Source: Candidatus Poribacteria bacterium (GTDB lineage Bacteria; Poribacteria; WGA-4E; WGA-3G). From it: a stretch of DNA of 64,000 nucleotides. Made by a program: the position numbers and the translations under genes. The notes under the pieces are model-generated. The model saw only the letters and a list, made by a program, of their open reading frames with translations. It was not told the origin of the DNA and ran no database searches. The stretch's first letter is position 1. Every line of letters starts with the position of its first letter. Positions 39,461 through 48,902 of this stretch are shown in pieces. The DNA is taken from contig CAXXLX010000001.1 in NCBI GenBank assembly GCA_963665235.2, positions 384,001-448,000 of the forward strand. The letters run 5' to 3'.

Positions 39461-42445
39461 TTAGTTTCCGTTAAGGCGAGCCTGCTCCTCTGAATTCGGC
39501 GGGGGGCCGAGCCAGAGTTTTACGGCGGGCGTACTTGCGACACGCCGGTTGCCAACAGCTGCGTTAATAACAAAGGTATAAGGTCGAGTTTGCCTATTTC
39601 CCATGAACGGGTTCCGCCGTATTTCGTTGTTTCCGCTGGCGACGATATTCGGCACAAGCGTCAAGATTGCCTCCGTTTCATTCCTTCGGAGGACAGTAGT
39701 TTGTCGCTGGAGTCGAACGCCTAAGGGCAAGCCGACCGCTGTTAGATTCATGTTCTGCCGATTCCCACCCCGTCTGTCAACCTTCACGGTGATTTCAACC
39801 GGTCCGTCTGGAGTCACTACAATTTCGTCGGGAACTGCGGTAAGGATGATAGGTGTGGATTCCGTCACGCTAACAACGACGTTTTTGCGCTGAACAGTCC
39901 GGTCGTTGTTCTGAATACGGTAGACTTCAATCGGTGTTGCAGCGCGTTGGATTTGGCTCCCGGAGCCAGTCGTAACGGTGCCGACAACCTGTACGACGCT
40001 ATGTGTTAGGTCAGCGTCTGCTGCAGCGGTTAGGGTGATATACCCTTGGTCATTTCCGCCTTCAGAGAGGATAGCACTCTGGCTGGCAGTAATCCCTTTC
40101 GGTAGATTTTCGACAGAGAGCAAAATCGGTTCAGTAAAACCGACGCGGCGTTGGAGTGTAACATCCAATAGGATTGTTCCGCCCCGGCCGATATTTGGGT
40201 TATCGGGTGTCACCGAGATAGCGAAATCGGGTGCAGTAGGGCGCACGTCTAGGTGATAAACATAGCCTGCGCCACCTTTGCCGGCGACATCTTCTACTCG
40301 GACTGCATAGACACCGGGTTGTGCAAAGCTGTAATCGATAATAGCGTTGCGTCGTCCGCCTACGCCTGCGTTATTCCGTAGCACTGCGCCTTCAGCATTC
40401 AACAGGGTTAGGGTGGGGCTCAGCGGTGAGTTCAATTTTTCTGCGGATAGTTCAATAGAATAGCCGCCAATGTCCGCGAAAAATCCCCACGGCCCGTAAC
40501 CGTTCGTAATCTTGACAAGAATTTTGTTTTTCCCTTTAGAGATAGGCAGTTCAATGACATCGTCCGCGCGGCGTAGGGGACGGTGAACGTATTTACTGAA
40601 GATGAGTTTATCGTTCACCCATATCTTAATCGTATCGTCGGAGCCGAGGGATAAGAGATATTTTTGGTCCCGGTCAGACTCAATATAGGTGAGTGCGTAG
40701 CCAGTGACATCGTCTTCAGGTACATTTGAGAAGACGTTTTCGCCTCTGCGATTGGTCCGGTACCAACTGATTTTGCGTCCGGCTTTACCGTCGTATTCTT
40801 TCTCTAAATCGATTTCAACTTCAGGCGGATAGACGGTATCAAATCCTTTTTCATCTGTGTTATCAAAGGGGTGTATCACCCACCACGGGCCGAGGCGTGA
40901 GCCTTCAGCAATTGTGAATTGGTAATAATCGGCTTCTCCTGGTTCAGAGATGCGTCCACTTATGGCACCTGGCGTTGTGATGTCCTGTGCATTTTCGATA
41001 CGTTTTGCGATGAGTTGGCCGAGGCGTGTGACTTCATCTGCAACGAAAGCGATGAGACGGTCGCGTTGGGTGGGGGTAATATCAGCATTCTCCTTTTCGG
41101 ACATGCGTGTGATAGTATTTTCCCACTGTTCGGCGGAGAGCGCACGATTGTCTGGTGAGCGGAGCTCATGGCAGGCGGTGCATTTGGCTTGGAAAAGGAT
41201 TTCGGATTCGGCATTCCTTGCCAGTTCTCCGTTTTCTGCATCAGATTCCGTAGAGTCATCTGTTTTCGGATTGCTGCTGTGGGTTGCCGATGCGGACACC
41301 TCAACATCTTCGGTAAACTCATTGGCGATGAACGGAAAAATGCCGTACGGGGTCCGGATAAGTTTGAGCCCCGGCTGCTCACTGCTACTGAGTTCAACCT
41401 GCCAATCAGTTTCCGGGAGGTTTTCGCCGCCAATTTTCGCTTTAATCACCTCGCCAATTTTTCCACCAGTTGGAAAAAGGTAGGTGTTATATGGAACAAC
41501 GCCACTTGTCAAACGGTAAACGGAGTCTGGGTTGCCACGATAGAGCAGGTCTCGCACCCGAAGGTAATAGGTGCCATCCGCAGGTAAAGTGTAATCAATC
41601 AGCGGGTCAAGACTATAGAATCCGTTGTTTCGGATAAGTTCTGTGCCATGTTCGTCAAAAAGGTAGAGGGTTGGATTGAAAAACTGCTGACTGACATTGT
41701 TAAGCCGATAAGCCTTGACGTTGAAGACACACCTGTCCCCTTTTTTTCCTTCAAAGACGTAATAATCTTCATCACCGCCAGGGTTAACAACCCCGTTTAT
41801 GATAATAGGCAGCTGAATAGCTGTCGCGGATTCCGGGAGGTTATTGGATTCAGTTTCAAGGATATCCGCAGCGGGACTCACCTCGAAGGGCCATGCGGTT
41901 GATGTGCCTTTTTTTCCGACGATGCGAATTTCCCGCAGTCCAATGGGGGCGTCCGCTGCGATTGCGAATTCAGCGGTTAACCCGCCGCTCGCTCTTGCTG
42001 CGGATTTGAGGTAATGGACAATCTTGGTTTGGTCATCGGCACTGATTTCAGCCCCCTTCTCTGTTATCATGCGTGCGACTGTGACTTCCCACTGTGTAGC
42101 TGTCATTGAGCGGTTGCTTGGGGAGCGAAGTTCGTGACACTGTCCACAATTTGCTTCAAAAACAGGTTTATGGGTCTCGTCCACTTTTCCACCGCCAGCG
42201 TGGAGCGTACCAGCAACCCCAGGGGGCCCCTCTACAATTAAGGTATGTGCGCCCCCTAAATCTGAGCCCTGTATTCTCACGTCGACGTTCATTCCGACCT
42301 TCCCACCTGCGGGAAAGAGCGAATTCAGGCGTGGCGTGTCTTGTGCAAATAGGGAGACAGGCGCGCAGAGTAAAACTATAAACAGCAAACGTAGGAGGGG
42401 TTGCAAACCCCAATAGAGACCGCTATTTTTTTTATGGACATTCAT
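39461..42445 (-). CDS. Secreted PPC/Ig-domain protein with two c-type haem inserts and a PA14-like domain
   Basis: FPAGG starts, ESNNLP, DEDYYVF and DPLIDY motifs; CGQCH and CTACH; GSDD..IWVND. Confidence 0.8.
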   Translation of the reverse strand: MNVHKKNSGLYWGLQPLLRLLFIVLLCAPVSLFAQDTPRLNSLFPAGGKVGMNVDVRIQGSDLGGAHTLIVEGPPGVAGTLHAGGGKVDETHKPVFEANCGQCHELRSPSNRSMTATQWEVTVARMITEKGAEISADDQTKIVHYLKSAARASGGLTAEFAIAADAPIGLREIRIVGKKGTSTAWPFEVSPAADILETESNNLPESATAIQLPIIINGVVNPGGDEDYYVFEGKKGDRCVFNVKAYRLNNVSQQFFNPTLYLFDEHGTELIRNNGFYSLDPLIDYTLPADGTYYLRVRDLLYRGNPDSVYRLTSGVVPYNTYLFPTGGKIGEVIKAKIGGENLPETDWQVELSSSEQPGLKLIRTPYGIFPFIANEFTEDVEVSASATHSSNPKTDDSTESDAENGELARNAESEILFQAKCTACHELRSPDNRALSAEQWENTITRMSEKENADITPTQRDRLIAFVADEVTRLGQLIAKRIENAQDITTPGAISGRISEPGEADYYQFTIAEGSRLGPWWVIHPFDNTDEKGFDTVYPPEVEIDLEKEYDGKAGRKISWYRTNRRGENVFSNVPEDDVTGYALTYIESDRDQKYLLSLGSDDTIKIWVNDKLIFSKYVHRPLRRADDVIELPISKGKNKILVKITNGYGPWGFFADIGGYSIELSAEKLNSPLSPTLTLLNAEGAVLRNNAGVGGRRNAIIDYSFAQPGVYAVRVEDVAGKGGAGYVYHLDVRPTAPDFAISVTPDNPNIGRGGTILLDVTLQRRVGFTEPILLSVENLPKGITASQSAILSEGGNDQGYITLTAAADADLTHSVVQVVGTVTTGSGSQIQRAATPIEVYRIQNNDRTVQRKNVVVSVTESTPIILTAVPDEIVVTPDGPVEITVKVDRRGGNRQNMNLTAVGLPLGVRLQRQTTVLRRNETEAILTLVPNIVASGNNEIRRNPFMGNRQTRPYTFVINAAVGNRRVASTPAVKLWLGPPPNSEEQARLNGN

Positions 42446-42495
42446 GTGTATTCCCTCCAAAAGAGCTATCAGTATTTAGTTCCGACAAACACGGG

Positions 42496-43545
42496 TTAAA
42501 ATTCTTGGGTTAATCTACGGTTTCTGATATTCCAAATCCGGACTTTTCCATCTCGGCTGCCCGCAGCAACAAGGTTGCCTGTAGGGCTAATCTGCACAGC
42601 ATAGACCGCATCTGTCGGTTCATTAAACGTACGCCGCCGGTTACCTGTACGGAGATTCCATATAATTACGGAGGTGTCGGCACCGCCGGAGGCGATAATC
42701 TCTTGATTATCCCAAACCCCGCAGTCAACGCTATAAACGGGCCCCTGATGCGCATTGTATTGGCGAACGAGTGCGCCGCGGGTCTCATTTTCACCGTTTT
42801 GCGTGACACGCCAAGAACGGACAACGTTATCGGCGGACCCAGACACAATTAACCCATCCTCCGCTGCATAAGCGAGCGAATAAACCGAATCATCGTTCCC
42901 ATCAAAATTGACGAGGACGGTATAGGTTTCCGGGTGCCACACTTTTAAGGTTTTATCCTCACTCCCGGTGACAAAATAGTTGCCATCCGGATGGTACAAG
43001 GTGCAGAGCACCCTGCCAACGTGTTGTGTGAGCCATTTCGCCTGTTCGTCTATAGGTAGGGTTTCGTCGTGCTGCGATAAATCGATAACAGTACTGTATT
43101 CATCCATGCTTGCGGTGAGCAGTTTTGTGTTATCCGGGCTGATAGCGATAGATTCAACGGTATCGCCATGGATTTCGAGTGTTTTAATGAGGTCTGCCGA
43201 TGCGACATCCCAGATGCGTATTTCGCCACTTCGGGCAGCCAATCCGCCGCTTGCAAATAGGCTTTTGCCATCCTTTGAAAACTTAAGGCATCGCACCCGT
43301 CCAGCGTGCGGTTCATAAGTGTTAACTAGCTGCTGCGTCTCCAAATCCCAAAGTTCGACCCACTGATATTTTCCGACAGCTACTGTTTTGCCATCCGGAC
43401 TAAATTGCAGGGCCCAAACTGGAGATAAGGGGACCGCGTTTTCTTCAACGGGATGCTCCTCTGCCACCGATAGGGTGCCAGGCAGCGTGAAGAGTGCTAA
43501 CGTTATGAACACAGATAAGAGAAGATAGACGTAATTACTTTTCAT
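42496..43545 (-). CDS. Secreted WD40 repeat protein
   Basis: Signal peptide MKSNYVYLLL and about 7 WD repeats. Confidence 0.85.
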   Translation of the reverse strand: MKSNYVYLLLSVFITLALFTLPGTLSVAEEHPVEENAVPLSPVWALQFSPDGKTVAVGKYQWVELWDLETQQLVNTYEPHAGRVRCLKFSKDGKSLFASGGLAARSGEIRIWDVASADLIKTLEIHGDTVESIAISPDNTKLLTASMDEYSTVIDLSQHDETLPIDEQAKWLTQHVGRVLCTLYHPDGNYFVTGSEDKTLKVWHPETYTVLVNFDGNDDSVYSLAYAAEDGLIVSGSADNVVRSWRVTQNGENETRGALVRQYNAHQGPVYSVDCGVWDNQEIIASGGADTSVIIWNLRTGNRRRTFNEPTDAVYAVQISPTGNLVAAGSRDGKVRIWNIRNRRLTQEF

Positions 43546-43660
43546 CCCGCGTCCTCCGTGTCCTCCGCGATAATCCGCGATTTGTGGCTTACTCGCCCCC
43601 GCAAATGCGAACTCATAAAATTGTCCAAAGTTCAGTCTTTTTAGAGACATATTCGATGGC

Positions 43661-43924
43661 TTATTGTGTGCTATTTCCGTTGAGGTCAATATCCTCTAAG
43701 GTTGTAGCGGTGAGTATCTGATCGAAGAGTGTATCAAGCCGTGAGAATTCCTTAATTTCTCGGATTTCCTCTACAACAGTATCAGAGATTTCAGGGAATT
43801 GGTGCGTCAGCAACTTGATAACATACTCTTGTTTGGTGCGGAATTCACCTTGTTCAATGCCTTGTTCAATGCCTTGTGTGATGCCGCGTTGCATTACCTG
43901 TTCGTAAAAAGGAGATTCTTGCAT
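43661..43924 (-). CDS. Stand-alone Rpn C-terminal module (DUF4351-like, RpnS-like)
   Basis: GGAGG-5-ATG; MQESPFYEQ..GITQGIEQGIEQGE followed by a helical tail. Confidence 0.7.
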   Translation of the reverse strand: MQESPFYEQVMQRGITQGIEQGIEQGEFRTKQEYVIKLLTHQFPEISDTVVEEIREIKEFSRLDTLFDQILTATTLEDIDLNGNSTQ

Positions 43925-44036
43925 GATTGCCTCCAATTTCTCTTGCTAACGGTTTCCATTAACCAACAGCCACAAGCCATATAATAGTAGGCAGGTGTGA
44001 GGCGCGAACGCCTCACACTACAAAGCTATGCTTGAC

Positions 44037-45350
44037 TTAAGACAGAACCCCTCGGATGGGCCTACCACCGCGTGATAGGACAATTCGGACACCATCCGGT
44101 GACTCTATGCTCTGCTCATAATCGATGCCAAGGCTCTGATAGATAGTTGCCGACAGGTCTTCTGGACGCACTGGCGTTTCAGCTGGCTCCATCCCAAACG
44201 GGTCGGAGGCACCGACTACCTGTCCGCCTTGGACACCACCGCCTGCCATCATGATAGAGAAAACACGCGGATGATGGTCGCGTCCTGCGTTGCGGTTAAT
44301 GACCGGGGTTCTACCAAATTCACCCATCGCCAGCACCATAGTGCTTTCGAGGAGCCCACGCTCAGAGAGGTCACTGATTAAGGTAGCCATCGTCTGGTCA
44401 AAGGCGTTGAGTTTGCCTGGGAGCGATGAGAAGATGTTGTTATGGTTATCCCATCCGCCATTGCTGACGGTAACGAAGTTGACTCCCGCCTCGACAAGTC
44501 TTCGTGCAAGGAGACAGCTCTGTCCGAAGGTGTCGCGCCGGTATGCATCTCGGACCTTCCCCGGTTCTTTAGAGAGGTCAAATGCGTCGCGTGCATCGGG
44601 GGAGCTCATAAGATTGTAAGCGGCGGTATAGAAGCTATCCATTGCCTCTGCTGCAGGGTTTCCTGATTCATATTTCTTGAATGCAGCGTCAATGGCTTCG
44701 CGCAGCGTTCGGCGGTTTTCAACGCGTTCAAAGGTGACACCTCTTGGCGGTTGTAAATCGCGAACTTTGAAGTTTTTGCTTGCCGGGTTGCCGCCTGGTG
44801 AGAACGGGGCAAGAGATGCACCCAGGAATCCTCCACCGCCATAAGCTACCGGGCCTGGGACAGCGATGTAGGGGGGCAATGCGCTCCGCTGTTCTTTGAG
44901 TTTGGAAACGACAGCACCGTGTCCAGGGACAGCGAAGCCGGGAAGCGGTTGATACCCTGTCATCATGTAGTGTGTACCCCGCTCATGCGCGCCTTCTGGT
45001 GAGGTCATTGAGCGGATAATGCAGAGTTTATCTGCCTGTTGGGCAAGCTTCGGCATGTGCTGACTAATCTGGATGCCGGCTACGTTTGTCGGAATCGGTT
45101 TGAAAAGCCCGCGTATTTCTTCGGGTGCTTCGGGCTTAAGATCCCACATGTCAAGGTGGCTTGGGCCGCCGCCTAACCAGACAAGAATGACGGATTTAGC
45201 GGTGCCTTGTTTCGCCGTAGGTGAAGCAATTGCTTGTAACCGGAAGAAGTCGGTCAGGCCAAAACTAAAGAGGCCTAGCACCCCGGCTTTAAGCAGGTCT
45301 CTGCGATAGAATCCTTCACAGTCTGTGTGTGTGCAGTTTCTTTGGGACAT
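44037..45350 (-). CDS. DUF1501 domain protein (Tat-exported)
   Basis: RRDLLK signal, GGPSHLDMWDLKP, LLARRLVEAGV, WDNH and GEFGRTP..GRDH. Confidence 0.92.
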   Translation of the reverse strand: MSQRNCTHTDCEGFYRRDLLKAGVLGLFSFGLTDFFRLQAIASPTAKQGTAKSVILVWLGGGPSHLDMWDLKPEAPEEIRGLFKPIPTNVAGIQISQHMPKLAQQADKLCIIRSMTSPEGAHERGTHYMMTGYQPLPGFAVPGHGAVVSKLKEQRSALPPYIAVPGPVAYGGGGFLGASLAPFSPGGNPASKNFKVRDLQPPRGVTFERVENRRTLREAIDAAFKKYESGNPAAEAMDSFYTAAYNLMSSPDARDAFDLSKEPGKVRDAYRRDTFGQSCLLARRLVEAGVNFVTVSNGGWDNHNNIFSSLPGKLNAFDQTMATLISDLSERGLLESTMVLAMGEFGRTPVINRNAGRDHHPRVFSIMMAGGGVQGGQVVGASDPFGMEPAETPVRPEDLSATIYQSLGIDYEQSIESPDGVRIVLSRGGRPIRGVLS

Positions 45351-45436
45351 AGTTAGTCCTCCTCGTATTTTGTACGCGTGTCGGTAGAATTTACCGAGGG
45401 CGCGGTTGAACTTCCCATTAACGTTTGATATCTGGT

Positions 45437-46897
45437 CTACAATCTTTGTCGAAGTTTAAGCGTATTGAGCCATTTTTCAGCTTTCGGTATTGCCGTATCA
45501 AACGGCTCTTTCATCTCAAAGCATTCGGTTTGTCCAGCGTAGATGTGGTGCCAATCGACAATACAAGGTATTTTTCGTTTTTGTAGGTTTCGCATAAGAT
45601 AACCGCGTACCCTTGCCCGCGTATTGCGGGGTGCATTGCAAATGGCATAATTAATTTGTTGTTCAGTAATAATGCGTCTCATACATCCTTCATTCTGAAG
45701 GGCGTAGAAGATGCCTTTTTCCAGGTCGATGTTGTGATATTCTAGGTCAAGACTTTTAAGCCATGAATCGTTCCAATGAAGGTCTTCTTCGGCGATGAGT
45801 GCGTCGAGAAACCATTTCTTCGCCGCCCAATCAATCCGTGTTGTAAGCCGGGTCCAATCCGCTTCAAGGTCGTTGAGGACAGCTTCCCATTGTGTGAGAA
45901 TCCATTCGGTATCGTCAGTAGGTTCGGTTACCATGTCTTTGACGAAATTTACATATTTACGTTGAATATCAACGGCAGAAAGTGTTTTTCCGTTACGCAA
46001 GTCGACCTGCCATGTGAACGTTGCATCTCGTGAGATGTGGCGAATGGCGGCGATTGGGTCAGCGATGTCAAGTTCTGGCAGCGGCAGTCTTTCCCCGTGG
46101 GTTTCATAAAACCGCTCGATAGCGTCAAGTATGAGTGCGGTTGTGCCGACCTTGAGTGCGGTTGCATATTCAGACATATTGGAGTCTCCGACGAGCAGAT
46201 GGAGTCTGCGATATTTGGTATAATCGCTAAGGGGTTCATCGCGTGTATTAATAATGGCTCGGCTGAACTGTATCCATTCATAAATTTCTGTGACGATGTG
46301 GTCTGCGCGTTGTGAGATTTGGTATCCGTGAAAGTCGTCGACGCTGTATTGTCCATCTCCAAATTCGAGGATGTCGTCGTATCCGCCGACTCTGCCCGCG
46401 CCTGCGTAAATTTGGCGTGTGACAAAAAAGGGCAGCAGGGTTGGGATGACAACCCGATAAAACGGTATATCCCTACGGACTTGGAAGTTTTCGTGGCATC
46501 CGAAGGTGGCCCCCGTGAAATGGTCAATATTATTTTTGTAGAAGGCGATATGGTCTGCCAGCCCGGTTTCGTGTAAAATTGCGGTAATGACGCGCTCGAT
46601 AGCTTTATCGTAAGCGATAAGGTCAAAGATATTTGCACATTCAGGCGTAGCATATTCAAGGTGTCCCATGTCAATGTAGAGTCTACCGCCGTTGAAGAGG
46701 AATCCTCCGTTCCCGGGGGGTTCACCCCAGTCGCGATAGTGAAGGTCAGGGATACCGAGTTTGAGTGCTTTAAAGACGTGGTCTCGGACGCGTGCTGAGA
46801 TGCCTTCAGGGGAGACTCTTGCGCGTTTGGTCTGTATCGCCTGTCCCTGTATCATGCACCCAAATTCTGTTTCGATGCCCATGATTCTGTGTGCCAC
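45437..46897 (-). CDS. pafA: PafA-family Pup/UBact-protein ligase
   Basis: GIETEFG, NGGRLYIDMGHLEYATPEC, GCHENF and RRLHLLVGDSN motifs. Confidence 0.88.
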   Translation of the reverse strand: MAHRIMGIETEFGCMIQGQAIQTKRARVSPEGISARVRDHVFKALKLGIPDLHYRDWGEPPGNGGFLFNGGRLYIDMGHLEYATPECANIFDLIAYDKAIERVITAILHETGLADHIAFYKNNIDHFTGATFGCHENFQVRRDIPFYRVVIPTLLPFFVTRQIYAGAGRVGGYDDILEFGDGQYSVDDFHGYQISQRADHIVTEIYEWIQFSRAIINTRDEPLSDYTKYRRLHLLVGDSNMSEYATALKVGTTALILDAIERFYETHGERLPLPELDIADPIAAIRHISRDATFTWQVDLRNGKTLSAVDIQRKYVNFVKDMVTEPTDDTEWILTQWEAVLNDLEADWTRLTTRIDWAAKKWFLDALIAEEDLHWNDSWLKSLDLEYHNIDLEKGIFYALQNEGCMRRIITEQQINYAICNAPRNTRARVRGYLMRNLQKRKIPCIVDWHHIYAGQTECFEMKEPFDTAIPKAEKWLNTLKLRQRL

Positions 46898-46969
46898 GTT
46901 GCATTCCTCTCGCCGTTTAGTTATATACTGCTGTAGGTTCGATTGCAAACCAGCAGCCTGCCTACGTAC

Positions 46970-47737
46970 TTAAATTTTCCGGGCTGTCTGAATTTCTGCT
47001 TCGCTAAGTAGCCGAAATTTGATGTCCCCAGGTTGTGTAGCATCTAATACGGCTGCCTCAATCTCCCCGGTCTCTAGTTCCGCCTGAATGATGTCATCTA
47101 TCTGTTCGTCCGGTATTTCGGTATTCTCTTTTATATTTTCTAGGTTTTTGCTTAACCCTCTGCCGACCGCCCACGTTTTTAAGGCGAGCTGTAGGGCATC
47201 GGCAAGTTCCAGTTTCGTGGGCTCTGCTGTGTTATCGAGGTAGTTTTGCATTGCCATTTCAATTGGCTCGGTTCCGCCGACGACAGCGAATTGGTTCTGT
47301 GTTTTCACGTTGCCATCGTAGTTGATGTGGGTAAACTGTGTTGTTGTCCCGGTAGCTCCGATTTCAGCGAGCAACATTTTGATGATGTAAGCCTCGCCGA
47401 CAATTGCTTCAAAGGCTTGCTTGAAAGAGTGCGCCAAAACGAAATAGGTGAGCCGGTGTAAGTTTACATCTTCGGTTGCGCTCTGAAAAGCTTGGACACT
47501 TGCGGTATCTGTGACGAGCATTCGGAGTCGTTCGATATCCGCAGGGTGCCCGATTGCAGAGAGGGCAATTCTGTCATGAACTTCAAAGATTTTTCGCGCT
47601 CCCCCACCAACGGTTAAGAGTAGGCTCCCGTGTGCATAAGGTACACCAACGACTGGACTTCTGAGCTGCAGTTGGTCTTCTATATAGTCGCGCCGGTCCT
47701 GAATTGCTTCAATCCAGCGATAGGGCAAGTCTCTCAT
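46970..47737 (-). CDS. prcA: 20S proteasome alpha subunit (UBact-type)
   Basis: PYRW N-terminus, KIFEVHDRIA..GHPADIERLR and EAAVLD motifs; operon position. Confidence 0.85.
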   Translation of the reverse strand: MRDLPYRWIEAIQDRRDYIEDQLQLRSPVVGVPYAHGSLLLTVGGGARKIFEVHDRIALSAIGHPADIERLRMLVTDTASVQAFQSATEDVNLHRLTYFVLAHSFKQAFEAIVGEAYIIKMLLAEIGATGTTTQFTHINYDGNVKTQNQFAVVGGTEPIEMAMQNYLDNTAEPTKLELADALQLALKTWAVGRGLSKNLENIKENTEIPDEQIDDIIQAELETGEIEAAVLDATQPGDIKFRLLSEAEIQTARKI

Positions 47738-47755
47738 AATTTTATCCGTTTTGCG

Positions 47756-48664
47756 TTATTCTGTTCGGTGCTCAACTTGTGCTTCTGCGTAGCATTCGGT
47801 TAGGTATGGGTCAGTGAGTGTTAGCACACCGTCCCGGGTGACAGTTTTGACAGTGGGGAAAATTTCGGTTTTTGCGTTGTAGCCGCTTGTGGCTGCGTCA
47901 TATTCACTCGCGATGTCAAAAAGTCTTAACATAGTGATAGTTGCTTGACGTTCATCCATCTTTTCCAATCGGGTTTCGCCCCATCGATTGAGATATTGTA
48001 GTACGCCCCGTATCCAGATGGAGCCGGAGCCGGTTGTTGCAAAGTCGACGTTCTCAAAGTGTGCGCCGAGTGCGTCATAGAAAAAGATTTTTCCGCCATT
48101 TTGTTCCGTTTCCGGTGCTTCAGGTGCATACAAGGCAAAAATCGGTATGACTGCGCCGATGCCTTGCATCGCCATAGGCAAGTTTTCACGTATAAGCCGG
48201 GACAATGTCCGCAATTTTCCCTCAACACTGAGTTCTTGAAGTTGGCTCCGCCGAAAATATTGGAACGAGTGTTTGAGCACTCGCGCCATCTCATAAGCGA
48301 TAGCAGGTGACCCGGAGATAGCGAGTACAGAGTGCGTATCTACCGGTATAACTTTCTCAGCCCTATCATGAATGACAGCGGTGCCCGCGGTTGCCCGGCG
48401 GTCCCCTGCGATGATTATGCCTTTTTGGTACCGCATGGCGATGACTGTTGTGGCTTCCGCGATTTCCAGCGTATCGGCATGTCTCGACATCCGCTGTGGG
48501 TGTTCCTTAAGAACGTGTCGTGGCGAGTTCATACCTGCGGTTTGGAATGGTGCACGCTCCGGATGTTCCATGAATTCAGACGCGTCGGGTGCAGGATTCG
48601 CTGCCGCTAGCAAGGCATCAGCCTGTTTTAAAAGGCTGAGAAAGTCTCCTTTATGATTCATCAT
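47756..48664 (-). CDS. prcB: 20S proteasome beta subunit with a ~71-aa propeptide
   Basis: A|TTVIA..AGDRRAT..EKV, TGSGS and DAATSG motifs. Confidence 0.9.
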   Translation of the reverse strand: MMNHKGDFLSLLKQADALLAAANPAPDASEFMEHPERAPFQTAGMNSPRHVLKEHPQRMSRHADTLEIAEATTVIAMRYQKGIIIAGDRRATAGTAVIHDRAEKVIPVDTHSVLAISGSPAIAYEMARVLKHSFQYFRRSQLQELSVEGKLRTLSRLIRENLPMAMQGIGAVIPIFALYAPEAPETEQNGGKIFFYDALGAHFENVDFATTGSGSIWIRGVLQYLNRWGETRLEKMDERQATITMLRLFDIASEYDAATSGYNAKTEIFPTVKTVTRDGVLTLTDPYLTECYAEAQVEHRTE

Positions 48665-48855
48665 TCCCCCGTTCGTTGCCGATATCTCCGGGATTGGTCT
48701 TTGTCAACCCGCCGCATCCGTTTGAGGAGTTCTTGGGTGTCCGGTCTATTGACATCTGGGCGTTTGGGTTCACTATCATCTCCACCATCGCCCGGTTCAA
48801 TCGGTTTTACGGGTCGCTGTTTACGTTCGGGAAAATAGACAATTTTAGGGTTCAT
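48661..48855 (-). CDS. ubact: Ubiquitin-like modifier UBact
   Basis: 64 aa, disordered, ending ELLKRMRRVDKDQSRRYRQRTGE; lies between dop and prcB; GGAGG ribosome-binding site; stop overlaps the prcB ATG. Confidence 0.92.
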   Translation of the reverse strand: MNPKIVYFPERKQRPVKPIEPGDGGDDSEPKRPDVNRPDTQELLKRMRRVDKDQSRRYRQRTGE

Positions 48856-48902
48856 CAGAAATTCCTCCATCTCTTTCGGTCTAGCACATGGCTTGTGCTG
48901 TT

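Noticed and set aside
48661-48855. Canonical Pup
   Set aside because: Lacks the Pup QKGG(Q/E) terminus; the RTGE end fits UBact
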